Below are positions 16,141 through 25,277 of a stretch of DNA of 33,955 nt, one piece after another. The DNA is taken from NCBI GenBank assembly GCA_016928955.1, contig JAFGJV010000023.1, positions 1-33,955 of the forward strand, read 5' to 3'. Position numbers and translations under genes: made by a program. The notes beneath the pieces were generated by a model. It made no database searches. It saw only the letters and a list, made by a program, of their open reading frames with translations, and was not told the origin of the DNA. The first letter of the stretch is position 1. The number at the start of each line of letters is the position of its first letter. The stretch comes from Spirochaetales bacterium. Its GTDB lineage: Bacteria; Spirochaetota; Spirochaetia; Treponematales; UBA12059.

Positions 16141-18924
16141 TCAGGCACGTCCCGGACCGGCAAGCACCTGCTCTGCCAGGGTTTTCAGCCCGGTGTCTTC
16201 AGGCTTGCCTTCAAGCGCCGTGCGGTTGAGCGTGAATACCCCGTCAACCATCACAATCACGTCAGCGGACGGTACCGTGTCCAGGTCCGCCGGTTCCGAG
16301 TCGCCTATGGCCAACAGCTCCTCCAGGGCGGGACGGAACGATAGCGGCGAGCGCGACAGGGGTCTGTAGTGGGACACGCCGCCCAGACTGAGCACATCCA
16401 GGTCCGCTGGTTCCTCGCCCTCGCCGTCAGCCTGCACCACCTGCAGTTCCTCCAGGCGCTCCCTGTCCTCGTCGGACAGCATGGCGTATTCCTGGGCAAA
16501 GGGTATGTCCTCGTCCCGGGGCTGGGTATCTTCAGAAGGTCGGTCGGTTTGGGCAAACGCGGCGTCGTCCAGTTCCAGGAAACCTTCCTCGTCGCGGTAA
16601 TCCTCCAGGGCGGACAGGTCCAGCGTGGCCAGGAAGAGGTCGAACTCAACCTCGTCCAGAAGCTCGTCCTCCGCGCGGACCTCGCCGTCGCCCACGGCCA
16701 GTATGGGCTCATTGTCCGGCCGGCGCACCGAGAATTCCTCCAGCTCGCTGAGCTCTACCGCGCGGACGTCGTCAAAGGGCGACGCGAGCACGAGGCCATC
16801 CATGTCGTCGGGCAGTTCCAGGGACTGCCCAGGCGCGCGTGCGTCCGTGGCCGGGCGGACATCCATGTACGTCTGGATATCCGCCATGTTCGTCTCCTCG
16901 ACCAGTTCGAGACCGAGGGCTTCGGGAATAAGGGGAATGTCGTCGTCATGCTGGCTGGACAGGGCCAGGGCTTCCGCCGAAAGGCTGCCCCACGCTTCAG
17001 GTCCTGGCTTGCTGGCCGCGCTTGCCCTCTCCTGGGCAAGCTGCCGAACCTCCATCTCAGTTATGGGCTCGACCTCGTCCAGTTCCCCGAGTTCTTCGAT
17101 GTCCTCCGCTTCGTCCACCGATTCAAGATCGTGCACAAAGCCCGGCTCATCGGCTGTCTCCACCCGTACGGCCGCAGAACCCGGCAAGCCGTCCGCAAAA
17201 CCGAGCGGTATCGCCTCCTCATCCTCAAGGGGCGCCAGTTCTTCAAGGGCTTCTATTTCCTCAACAGTTTCGGCTTCTTCAAAGGCTTGTGCTTCCTCGG
17301 CAGCTTCCGCTTCCTCGACAAGCTCCGCATCCTCAAGGGCCTCGGCTTCCTCGACTGCTTCTGCTTCCTCGACAGCCTCTGCTTCCTCAAGGGCTTCGGC
17401 TTCCTCGACAGCCTCCGCCTCCTCAAAGGTTTCGGCTTCCTCTAAGGTCTCTGCTTCCTCAAGGGCTTCAGCTTCTTCGACAGCCTCCGCTTCCTCAAGC
17501 GACTCCACTTCCTCGGCAGCTTCAGCTGTACGGGCAAGAGCGGCCTGGCCCAGACCTTCAGGCTGCCTGGATGCCTCGGGCATGTCGGCTGTCGCAGGGG
17601 CAATCCCTGCCCGGGGGGCGGGCGGGACGGAAGCCCGGTACCCAAGGGCCGGGGCTGCAGGAGCGCCGACAAAGACCCGACCCGAGCTCAGGGCTTCCCT
17701 GAGCAGGGCTTCAATGCGGGCCAGATCGGTGTCCTTGCCCTTGCTGGAAGACAGTATGGCCACGATCTCGTCCCAGCCCTTGTCTATCAAAGCGTCCACT
17801 TCGGCCGAGCGGGTGTCGGCCAGTCGGCCGGCGCTCTGGCGTATGCGCGAGCGCACCTCTGAACGCCTGGCTTCCAGCTCGACGCCCAGCCTGTCCGTAT
17901 CCAAGCCGCCCTTGCGGTCCAGATACTCCTCTATCAGGCTGAGCTGGAACCGTTTGATGCGCTGTCCCAGTATGGCCATACGGTCATGCTTGACGTTGAG
18001 GAGCAGGAAGCAGAGCAGGAAGGTGGTTAGGTACAGGGCCGCAAGGAGAAGCCAGCGCATGGCCTGGGGAAAGACGAACCAAGACGAAGGCACCAGGCGC
18101 CCCAGGGGGCCCGCCTTGCTGCCCACGGTGAACACGATATAGGTATCCGACGCGCCAGCCGAGCCCACGGTCAAGGGTTCGCCCGGCATGCCACCCGACC
18201 ACAGCTCGGCCACGCGCCCAAGGAGGTCGTCGCCGCCCCAGGATGGCGCCCCGAACAGAAGGCCCTGGCCCGCCGGCACGGGATCGTCGTCCAGGCCTGC
18301 CTGCCCGTCGCGTACCAGGTGCTCCATGAGACCGGCATACGACACGTAGAACACGGCCGTGCCGCGGTATACGTCCAGGGCGTCGACAAAGGGGAAACGG
18401 TACACAAAGGACCGCGACGAGCCCAGGGAAACAACCGAGGGCGGCTCGTCTCGACCAGCCACTGCTATGAGGGAAAACGGCTCGTCGTTTTCTTCCCCAT
18501 ATTTGCGGTAGACGACGCGTAGTTCGTCCCGGCGCGCTATGTCGCCGGGGAAGGTGCTGAAGTGAAGCCGCTTGCCGTCGGTGTCAAGAAAACGCACCCC
18601 TTCCAGGCCGGGGGTCTCCTCGACCAGGCGGCCAAAGGCCGCCGTTCGCTGGAAAAGGTCCTCGGCTCCCTGGTTGGGGAGGAAACTGCGAGCCACGTAA
18701 TCTTTGGCCAGGACGGCGCCGAAGCGCTCAAGATTGACCGAGTGGTAGGTGTCCGCGGAGCGGGCCAGTGATTCCAGGGCGTCTTCCACGCCCGAACGCA
18801 CCCTGGCGTCGAAAAAACGGGTCTCGACCACGGAAAACACGCCCGAGAAGGCCAGAACGGCAAAGCCGGCGGCCAGGATGGTTGAGACGAGTAAACTGAG
18901 CGACGCCTTTTGCCCTACGGTCAT
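16141..18924 (-). CDS. Membrane protein: TM, Cache-like extracytoplasmic domain, TM, helical region, long acidic repeat tail
   Basis: 927 aa; two TM helices (near the N-terminus and WLLLAALYLTTFLLCFLLL); about 450-aa D/E-rich C-terminal half; AAGGA RBS. Confidence 0.8.
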   Translation of the reverse strand: MTVGQKASLSLLVSTILAAGFAVLAFSGVFSVVETRFFDARVRSGVEDALESLARSADTYHSVNLERFGAVLAKDYVARSFLPNQGAEDLFQRTAAFGRLVEETPGLEGVRFLDTDGKRLHFSTFPGDIARRDELRVVYRKYGEENDEPFSLIAVAGRDEPPSVVSLGSSRSFVYRFPFVDALDVYRGTAVFYVSYAGLMEHLVRDGQAGLDDDPVPAGQGLLFGAPSWGGDDLLGRVAELWSGGMPGEPLTVGSAGASDTYIVFTVGSKAGPLGRLVPSSWFVFPQAMRWLLLAALYLTTFLLCFLLLNVKHDRMAILGQRIKRFQLSLIEEYLDRKGGLDTDRLGVELEARRSEVRSRIRQSAGRLADTRSAEVDALIDKGWDEIVAILSSSKGKDTDLARIEALLREALSSGRVFVGAPAAPALGYRASVPPAPRAGIAPATADMPEASRQPEGLGQAALARTAEAAEEVESLEEAEAVEEAEALEEAETLEEAETFEEAEAVEEAEALEEAEAVEEAEAVEEAEALEDAELVEEAEAAEEAQAFEEAETVEEIEALEELAPLEDEEAIPLGFADGLPGSAAVRVETADEPGFVHDLESVDEAEDIEELGELDEVEPITEMEVRQLAQERASAASKPGPEAWGSLSAEALALSSQHDDDIPLIPEALGLELVEETNMADIQTYMDVRPATDARAPGQSLELPDDMDGLVLASPFDDVRAVELSELEEFSVRRPDNEPILAVGDGEVRAEDELLDEVEFDLFLATLDLSALEDYRDEEGFLELDDAAFAQTDRPSEDTQPRDEDIPFAQEYAMLSDEDRERLEELQVVQADGEGEEPADLDVLSLGGVSHYRPLSRSPLSFRPALEELLAIGDSEPADLDTVPSADVIVMVDGVFTLNRTALEGKPEDTGLKTLAEQVLAGPGRA
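17227..17514 (-). repeat. 16 x 18-bp degenerate coding tandem repeat (EEAEAV/EEAEAL)
   Basis: Units from EEVESL to EELAPL counted in the translation; recurring GCTTCCTC at an 18-nt period on the + strand. Confidence 0.9.
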
Positions 18925-19065
18925 GTCTTCCTTACAGTTTCGGCATCCGGAACATGTTCCATTATAGGTCGAGATGGCCGGTCAGTATCAAGCCGCGTCG
19001 TTGCCCGCGGACGGCCCCAGCCTGTATACTGCACTCACGGCCGCGCTTGGCCTGAAAGGACTCCC

Positions 19066-21840
19066 ATGTTCGCACAAGCCGTATCCAGAACCGCCCTGGC
19101 AACCATGGTGCTGCTTGCGCTGGCCGTTCCCGTCCACACGCAGGACGGCAGCCTCAGGGTCATCAGCACGGAATGGTTCGACATTATCTACCATGAAGAC
19201 ACGCGAGCATGCGCCGAATATCTGGCCGGCTTTGCCGACGATACCTACCGCCAGGTGGCCGGGCTTTTGGCCACCAAGCCGAAGCGCAGGCTACCCGTCT
19301 ACCTTTCAGGCGCGTCGGAAGACGCCAACGGCCATTATTCGTCCTACCCCTATCCCCACATCGTGCTTGGCCTTGCCGCCCCGGACGTCAACGGCCAGCT
19401 GGGGTCGTTCAAGGACAGCCTGCGCTCCATCTTTCTCCACGAGCTCACCCACCATGTGTCGCTCGGCATCCGGGGGCCGTTCCAGGACGCCATGGTGGCC
19501 GTGTTCGGCTCTCCCCTGGCCCTGTCGCCCTATACCACGCCGCTGTCGTTCGTGGAGGGAGTGACCGTGTCCCTTGAGAGCTTGGACGGGCACGGCCGAG
19601 CCGCTGATCCGTTGGCGGCGGCGCTGATCCGCCAGGACATACTGGAGGGCCGCTTCAAGTCCTGGGAGCAGGCGGCCGGAGGCTGGGACCTGTGGCCAGG
19701 CGCCCTGTTCTACGAATACGGCGGCTGGTTCTCCCGCTACCTCCAGGAGCGTTACGGCATGGAAGCCTATGCCGAATTGTGGAAGCGGCTGGGCACCGGC
19801 ATGCTCGCCAAGCCCCTGGACCGGGGCCTGTTCAGCGACGGGCATTTTATGGATGTTTACGGGCTGACGCTCGACCGTGCCTGGGACGATTTCCGCGACT
19901 GGATGTCCATCAAAGAAGCCGTGCTCATGGACGTCCGGACCCTATCCGGAATTTCGGTGATACCTGCCTTGGCCGTATTTAACGGCACCCTGTACTATGC
20001 AGACGCCCGCAAGGAAGCCGTGTGCGCCATGGCCGCCGCCGGAGGACCATCCCGGGAGCTGTTCCGCCTGTCCCGCACGGTCACCCGCATAGACGCTGAG
20101 CCGGACGGCAAGCTTCTATTGTCCACGGTCGCCGTGAAGTCCGGCCAGGCCAGGCTGGTGCTGTCCGCGTGGGATCCGGCGGCCGGAAGGCTGACCGACC
20201 TGCCCTATCGCTCGCTCCGCGACGCCTCGCGCACGCCCGAGGGAAGCATCCTGGCCATACGGGTGGACGGCCCCCGCGGCGATATCGTCGTTACGGACGG
20301 CAGTGGCGTCAATGTTGTTCTCAAAGGAAGCGAACGGGTTGCATACGCGTCGCCCAGCTTCAATCCGGGTGACGGTCTCATATACGCCTTGGCCAAGATA
20401 GACGGGACGACTCGGGTACTGCGGGTTGCCCCGGACGGTTCACAGCCCGAACTGCTTGAGCTTCCGGACGCGCTCTCCCACCTGCGCTACCTCAGCCTGG
20501 ACGACGCCGTACTGCGGGCAGCCTGGGACGACCGCAGCCTGTACCGCCTCCTGGAAGTGGACCTTGCTTCTGGCCTGGCCACCTGGCAGACCGTACCTCA
20601 AAGCGGAGGCGTCCACTGGCCGGTGGGCTCGGATGGGGGCCTGTGGTACATAGGCAATTTTTCGGACGGCAACGCCGTGTGCACGTATCCGCCTGAGCGG
20701 GCGACCCTGGGCTTTGCCGCGGCCCAGGTGGCCTGGGAAGACGCGTCGGGAACCCTGCCCGGCGACAGCGTCTATGACAGCCCGGCGTCGCTGGATACAA
20801 AGCCCTACTCGTCCCTTCCCTGGCTCCAGCCCCGGCACTGGCTTCCTTACGCGAGCCTGGACGGGCTGGACCTTGCGGAGCTCGGGGCGTCCCTGTACCT
20901 GGCCGAGCCCACAGAGAGCTTCTCCGCCGTGCTGGCCGGAGCTTGGGACCTGGAAGCCCGCGCGGTGGACGCCGCCATAACCCTAAGCTGGTTCCTGGAC
21001 GGATGGGACCTTACCCTGTACGCGAGCGACGATTTTCTGCCGCCGAAAACCACAGCCCCAGTGGCTCCCGGCCTGAGGGCAAGCGCCGCGGGCATACGGG
21101 GCTCGGGCACGGCGGCCGGCCGCACCTCGGGCGCCCTGAGCTGGAGCGTGGCCGCGGAACTGGCCGCAGCCGCCGAGTTTGCCGCTGGGCCGTCGCCCTA
21201 TGTAGCGTGGACCGATACGGGCATGATGGCTGTCCTTGGCCTGGGCTGGAGCGACACTCGTAGGCCGGCTGCCCAGGCGCCCCTGGCCGGCTGGACCCTT
21301 GACGCCGTCGGCAAGCTCATCTTTCCCCTGGGTTCAGGCTGGGAAGCGCCTGCGTACTCCGGCGAGGCGAGCGTCCTGTTGATGGCCTGGGGCCTTGGCC
21401 TGCGCGTGGACGCGGCCGTGTGCGGCCCGGGCGCCCTGTATGGAGCCTACGGCCTGCAAACGGAAGGCCTGTGGTTCAGGGCGTTCTACCCCGTGTATCC
21501 GGAACTGAGCAACCTTCCCAGCGGGCCCTGGTACGCCCAAGCCGAGCTGTCCGCGCGGCTTTTGGGCGCGGAAGTGCAGAAGGGCGGCCTTGCGTATATC
21601 AACAGGCTGGCCCTCAGGGCGGGCGCGCGCGCCAATGGTCTGTACGCCGCCACTGCAGGCGTGGATGATGCGTGGGAGTCCGTGTCCCTGTTCGGGCGGC
21701 TGGAACTGACCCTGACACCCGTGGCCGGCGCCTTTGCGCGCCTCCATCCCCTGGTCGCGCTGGAATTCTGGGGCCTGCCGTTTACGGGCAGGCTCGGTTT
21801 CGGTATTATGGGCACCTTCGACGCGCCGACCCAGCCCTAG
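19066..21840 (+). CDS. Large exported protein: HExxH metallopeptidase-like domain, TolB-like propeller region, possible C-terminal beta-barrel
   Basis: Signal peptide after ATG 19066 (AAGGA RBS, TATACT upstream); TEWFDIIY, HELTH...EG, short beta repeats, aromatic and Gly-rich alternating C-terminal strands. Confidence 0.72.
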   Translation: MFAQAVSRTALATMVLLALAVPVHTQDGSLRVISTEWFDIIYHEDTRACAEYLAGFADDTYRQVAGLLATKPKRRLPVYLSGASEDANGHYSSYPYPHIVLGLAAPDVNGQLGSFKDSLRSIFLHELTHHVSLGIRGPFQDAMVAVFGSPLALSPYTTPLSFVEGVTVSLESLDGHGRAADPLAAALIRQDILEGRFKSWEQAAGGWDLWPGALFYEYGGWFSRYLQERYGMEAYAELWKRLGTGMLAKPLDRGLFSDGHFMDVYGLTLDRAWDDFRDWMSIKEAVLMDVRTLSGISVIPALAVFNGTLYYADARKEAVCAMAAAGGPSRELFRLSRTVTRIDAEPDGKLLLSTVAVKSGQARLVLSAWDPAAGRLTDLPYRSLRDASRTPEGSILAIRVDGPRGDIVVTDGSGVNVVLKGSERVAYASPSFNPGDGLIYALAKIDGTTRVLRVAPDGSQPELLELPDALSHLRYLSLDDAVLRAAWDDRSLYRLLEVDLASGLATWQTVPQSGGVHWPVGSDGGLWYIGNFSDGNAVCTYPPERATLGFAAAQVAWEDASGTLPGDSVYDSPASLDTKPYSSLPWLQPRHWLPYASLDGLDLAELGASLYLAEPTESFSAVLAGAWDLEARAVDAAITLSWFLDGWDLTLYASDDFLPPKTTAPVAPGLRASAAGIRGSGTAAGRTSGALSWSVAAELAAAAEFAAGPSPYVAWTDTGMMAVLGLGWSDTRRPAAQAPLAGWTLDAVGKLIFPLGSGWEAPAYSGEASVLLMAWGLGLRVDAAVCGPGALYGAYGLQTEGLWFRAFYPVYPELSNLPSGPWYAQAELSARLLGAEVQKGGLAYINRLALRAGARANGLYAATAGVDDAWESVSLFGRLELTLTPVAGAFARLHPLVALEFWGLPFTGRLGFGIMGTFDAPTQP

Positions 21841-21966
21841 GGCTGGCGTCGCCTCGTCGCACCACAGACAGCCCGGCCTTTCCCGCGCCTAACGCCCGGG
21901 AAGGGCCAGCCCAAAGGGGACGCTGCACCCATCGGGTGATAGGCGGCTCCCCACGAGGAGTAGAGC

Positions 21967-22776
21967 ATGAAAGCAGGATTCGCCGAACGCGTGGAGCGCG
22001 CGGCAGCATCGATTCCGTCAGGGTTCAGGCCGAGCGCCGCCGTCATCCTTGGTTCCGGCCTGTCCGGCATAGTGGACGGCCTAGGCTACAAGGAAGTGCC
22101 CTTTGGCGACATAGCCGAATTCCCCCGCCCGACCGTCCACGGCCACAAGGGCGTCCTGTGCCTGTCCGAGCGCAACGCGGTCATGGCCGGCCGCTTCCAT
22201 TACTACGAGGGCCACCCCATGGACGACGTGGTGCTGCCCATCTTCGTGCTCCACGCCATAGGCGTGCGCACCCTCATGCTGACCAACGCCGCCGGCGCGG
22301 TCAATCCCGACTACACACCTGGCGACCTGGTCGTCATCAAGGACCACATCAACCTGTTGGGCACCAATCCCTTCATCGGGCCCAACCCCGCCAGCCAGGA
22401 CGGCACGGCCCTGGGCCAGCGCTTCTTTGACATGGGCACCACCTACACGCCTGAGCTCAGGCAGTTGGTGCAGTCCTGCGCACAGCGCACCCTCAAGGAG
22501 GGCGTGTACGCAGCCTTTACCGGACCCTCGTACGAGACGCCGGCCGAGGTACGCATGGCCCGCACCCTGGGGGCGGACCTGGTGGGCATGTCCACCGTGC
22601 CCGAGGCCATAGCCGCCCGCTACCTGGGCATGCGCGTGATGGGCGTGTCCTGCGTGACCAACATGGCCGCGGGCATCACGGACCAGCCCCTGGCCCACGA
22701 CGAGGTGGTGGAAGTCGGCAAGCGCGTGGAAGCCGAACTCAAGCGCCTGATCTTGGACGTGCTGGCCAAACTGTAA
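21967..22776 (+). CDS. punA: Purine nucleoside phosphorylase (trimeric PunA/XapA type)
   Basis: ILGSGL, GRFHYYEG, LTNAAG, DHINL, GPSYETPAE, VGMSTVPE, TNMAAG; GAGGAG RBS. Confidence 0.93.
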   Translation: MKAGFAERVERAAASIPSGFRPSAAVILGSGLSGIVDGLGYKEVPFGDIAEFPRPTVHGHKGVLCLSERNAVMAGRFHYYEGHPMDDVVLPIFVLHAIGVRTLMLTNAAGAVNPDYTPGDLVVIKDHINLLGTNPFIGPNPASQDGTALGQRFFDMGTTYTPELRQLVQSCAQRTLKEGVYAAFTGPSYETPAEVRMARTLGADLVGMSTVPEAIAARYLGMRVMGVSCVTNMAAGITDQPLAHDEVVEVGKRVEAELKRLILDVLAKL

Positions 22777-22786
22777 CCCGGCAGCC

Positions 22787-25219
22787 ATGAAAGCCCTGGA
22801 ACGCTTCACCCCCCAGGCTGCGGCCTATCTCAGAACCGCCATAGCCGAGGCCGGGTGCGTTGAGGTGTTCGCCGCGGGCAAGCTGGACGAGGCCGGGCTG
22901 GTATCAGAGCTGGTGGTCGCGGCGCGCGGAGTGGACGACGCCGTGCCAGCCCTGGCCGGCTTTTTGGACCGGGGCGACGTAATCGTGCACAACCACCCAT
23001 CCGGCGTGCTCATGGCCAGCCAGGCCGACCTGGCCATAGCAGCGCGCGCCGGCGAGGGCGGCGTGGGCTCCTATATTGTGGACAACGACGTGGCCGAGGT
23101 ATACGTGGTAGCCGAGCCCGTCCGCGCCAAGGCCCTCATAGCCCTGGACGAGGACCAGCTGGCCGGGGTCCTGGACTCGGGCGGCAAGCTGGCCGCGCGC
23201 CTGCCGGGCTACGAGCCGAGGCCCAGCCAGCTTGGCCTGGTCAGGGACGCGGCCGCCGCCTTCAACAACGGCCTTATCCTGGCGGCCGAAGCCGGCACGG
23301 GCGTGGGCAAGTCCTTTGCCTACCTCATACCCGCCCTGGCCTGGGCGGCCCGCAACGGCGAGCGCGTGGTGGTGTCCACCGCCACCATCAACCTCCAGCG
23401 CCAGCTCATGGACAAGGACCTGCCCGTGGCCTCGTCCATATTCAAGAAAAAGCTCAAGGCCGTCCTGGTCAAAGGCAGGGGCAACTACCTGTGCGTCAAC
23501 CGACTGCGCGAGGCCCTGGATGAGGAAGGCCTCTTTGCCGGAGACGATAGCCCCCTTAGGCGCATAGACGCCTGGTCGCAGAACTCCCCAACGGGCGACC
23601 GCGCCGACCTGTCCTTCTGGCCGGACGACGCCACTTGGTCGCGCGTATGCTCGGAAGCCGACGAGTGCCTGGGCCTCCGCTGTCCGTACCGCGAGTCCTG
23701 CTTTGTGCTCAAGGTGCGCAAGGACGCGGCCGACGCGGATATCCTGGTGGCCAACCACCACATCCTGTTCAGCGACCTTGCGGCCAGGCGCGCAGGCGCA
23801 GGCTACGAGGCCAGGGCCGTGCTCCCGCCCTTCAACGCCATCGTGTTCGACGAGGCTCACGCCATCGAGTCCAGCGCCACGAGCTTTTTTTCCGAGGAAC
23901 TGGCGCGTTATTCCGTGTACAAACAGCTGGGGCGCCTGTACCGCGAGCGTCGCGGGCGCAAATTCGGCATAGTCACCAAGCTGCAGAACATACGGAACCT
24001 GCCCCCGGACGTGCTCAAGAATTTCCCCGCGGCATCGGACGCCGTGCGCGACGCCATGGACGAGCTGGACAGGGCGGCGCTGGCCTTGATTGGCGACGGG
24101 CAGAATTACCGCCTGACCCCGGCCACACGCTCGCGTTCAGAACCCCTGCTCGAAGCGGCGGGTGTGCTGGAACGAGCCCTCCGCTCGCTGTCCGACCTCC
24201 TCAAGACTGCAATAGAGGAAGTGCCCGACGAGTCGTCGGAGGAGCCTCCCGTGCACGAGGCCAAGCTGTCGCTCCGCAGGTTATCGGAGCTGGCCGGGCT
24301 GTGCGCGCGCTACCGCGGCTGGGAAGACGACCAGGAAAGCATTTTCTGGCTGGACAGGCGCAGGAACGCCCAGGGAGAAGCCTTCTCCCAGCTGTGCGTG
24401 ACGCCCCTGGACATAGGCCAGATGATGGACGAGGCGGTGTTCCACCCCTACCGCTCGGTGATATGCACGTCGGCCACCCTGTCCGTAGGCGGCTCCTTTG
24501 CGTTCTGGAAGCGGCGCGTGGGCCTTACGCAGGCTGACGAGCGTACCGTCTGCCGGGAATATTCGTCGCCCTTTCCCTTCAAGCGCAACGCCATCCTGTG
24601 CGCCGCCCAGGACGCCCCCGACCCGACCAGCCCCGAGTGGCAGGAATGGATCAACGCGGCGCTGCCGGAACTGGTGGCCGCGTCCAGCGGCCGGGCCCTG
24701 GTGCTGTTCACGTCCTACACAGCGCTCAGGTCGGCCTGGGACGCCGTCAGGCCCAAACTTGACGCCCTTGGCCTGTCGTCATACCGCCAGGGCGACGACG
24801 AACGCTCCCGCCTCCTGGACCGTTTCCGCGACGACGTGGCCAGCGTGCTCTTTGCCACGGACTCCTTCTGGGAGGGCGTTGACCTGCCCGGCGAAACCCT
24901 CCAGCACGTCATCATCACCAAACTACCCTTCCGCGTGCCCACCGATCCCGTACAGATGGCGCGCTCCGAGGCCATAGAGCGGCGCGGGGGCAACGCCTTC
25001 ATGGATCTGTCCCTGCCGGACGCGGTCATACGCTTCAAACAGGGTTTTGGACGGCTTATTCGCCACTCCGAGGACCGCGGCGCCGTGACGGTGCTGGATT
25101 CCCGCCTGCTCAAGAAACGCTACGGCCAGATTTTCATAGCGTCGCTCCCCGAGACCAGGAAAAGCTTCAAGAACCTGCGCGAGCTGTGCGCCGACGTGCG
25201 GTCGTTCCTGGAGGAATGA
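22787..25219 (+). CDS. dinG: DinG/YoaA family Fe-S helicase with N-terminal JAB/MPN (RadC-like) domain
   Basis: EVF...HNHPSG...SQAD JAB motif; YEPRPSQ, AGTGVGKS, Cys cluster, DEAH, SAT, FWEGVD, QGFGRLIR. Confidence 0.9.
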   Translation: MKALERFTPQAAAYLRTAIAEAGCVEVFAAGKLDEAGLVSELVVAARGVDDAVPALAGFLDRGDVIVHNHPSGVLMASQADLAIAARAGEGGVGSYIVDNDVAEVYVVAEPVRAKALIALDEDQLAGVLDSGGKLAARLPGYEPRPSQLGLVRDAAAAFNNGLILAAEAGTGVGKSFAYLIPALAWAARNGERVVVSTATINLQRQLMDKDLPVASSIFKKKLKAVLVKGRGNYLCVNRLREALDEEGLFAGDDSPLRRIDAWSQNSPTGDRADLSFWPDDATWSRVCSEADECLGLRCPYRESCFVLKVRKDAADADILVANHHILFSDLAARRAGAGYEARAVLPPFNAIVFDEAHAIESSATSFFSEELARYSVYKQLGRLYRERRGRKFGIVTKLQNIRNLPPDVLKNFPAASDAVRDAMDELDRAALALIGDGQNYRLTPATRSRSEPLLEAAGVLERALRSLSDLLKTAIEEVPDESSEEPPVHEAKLSLRRLSELAGLCARYRGWEDDQESIFWLDRRRNAQGEAFSQLCVTPLDIGQMMDEAVFHPYRSVICTSATLSVGGSFAFWKRRVGLTQADERTVCREYSSPFPFKRNAILCAAQDAPDPTSPEWQEWINAALPELVAASSGRALVLFTSYTALRSAWDAVRPKLDALGLSSYRQGDDERSRLLDRFRDDVASVLFATDSFWEGVDLPGETLQHVIITKLPFRVPTDPVQMARSEAIERRGGNAFMDLSLPDAVIRFKQGFGRLIRHSEDRGAVTVLDSRLLKKRYGQIFIASLPETRKSFKNLRELCADVRSFLEE

Positions 25220-25277
25220 GGCGCGTTCCGCACATGCGGGACTTCACAGGCGCCCCGCTCCGGGTTACAATGACCCG

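Noticed and set aside
17227..17514. Repeat array as a possible CRISPR
   Set aside because: Contiguous in-frame 18-bp units with no unique spacers and no cas genes; the DinG in this window has no type IV cas context
16625..18142. 505-aa Ser/Ala-rich + strand ORF (also 16369-17445)
   Set aside because: Antisense shadow of the Glu-rich repeat gene; no RBS or domain motifs
21841..21966. Purine riboswitch upstream of PNP
   Set aside because: Purine aptamer core motifs are not present; only short GC-rich stems
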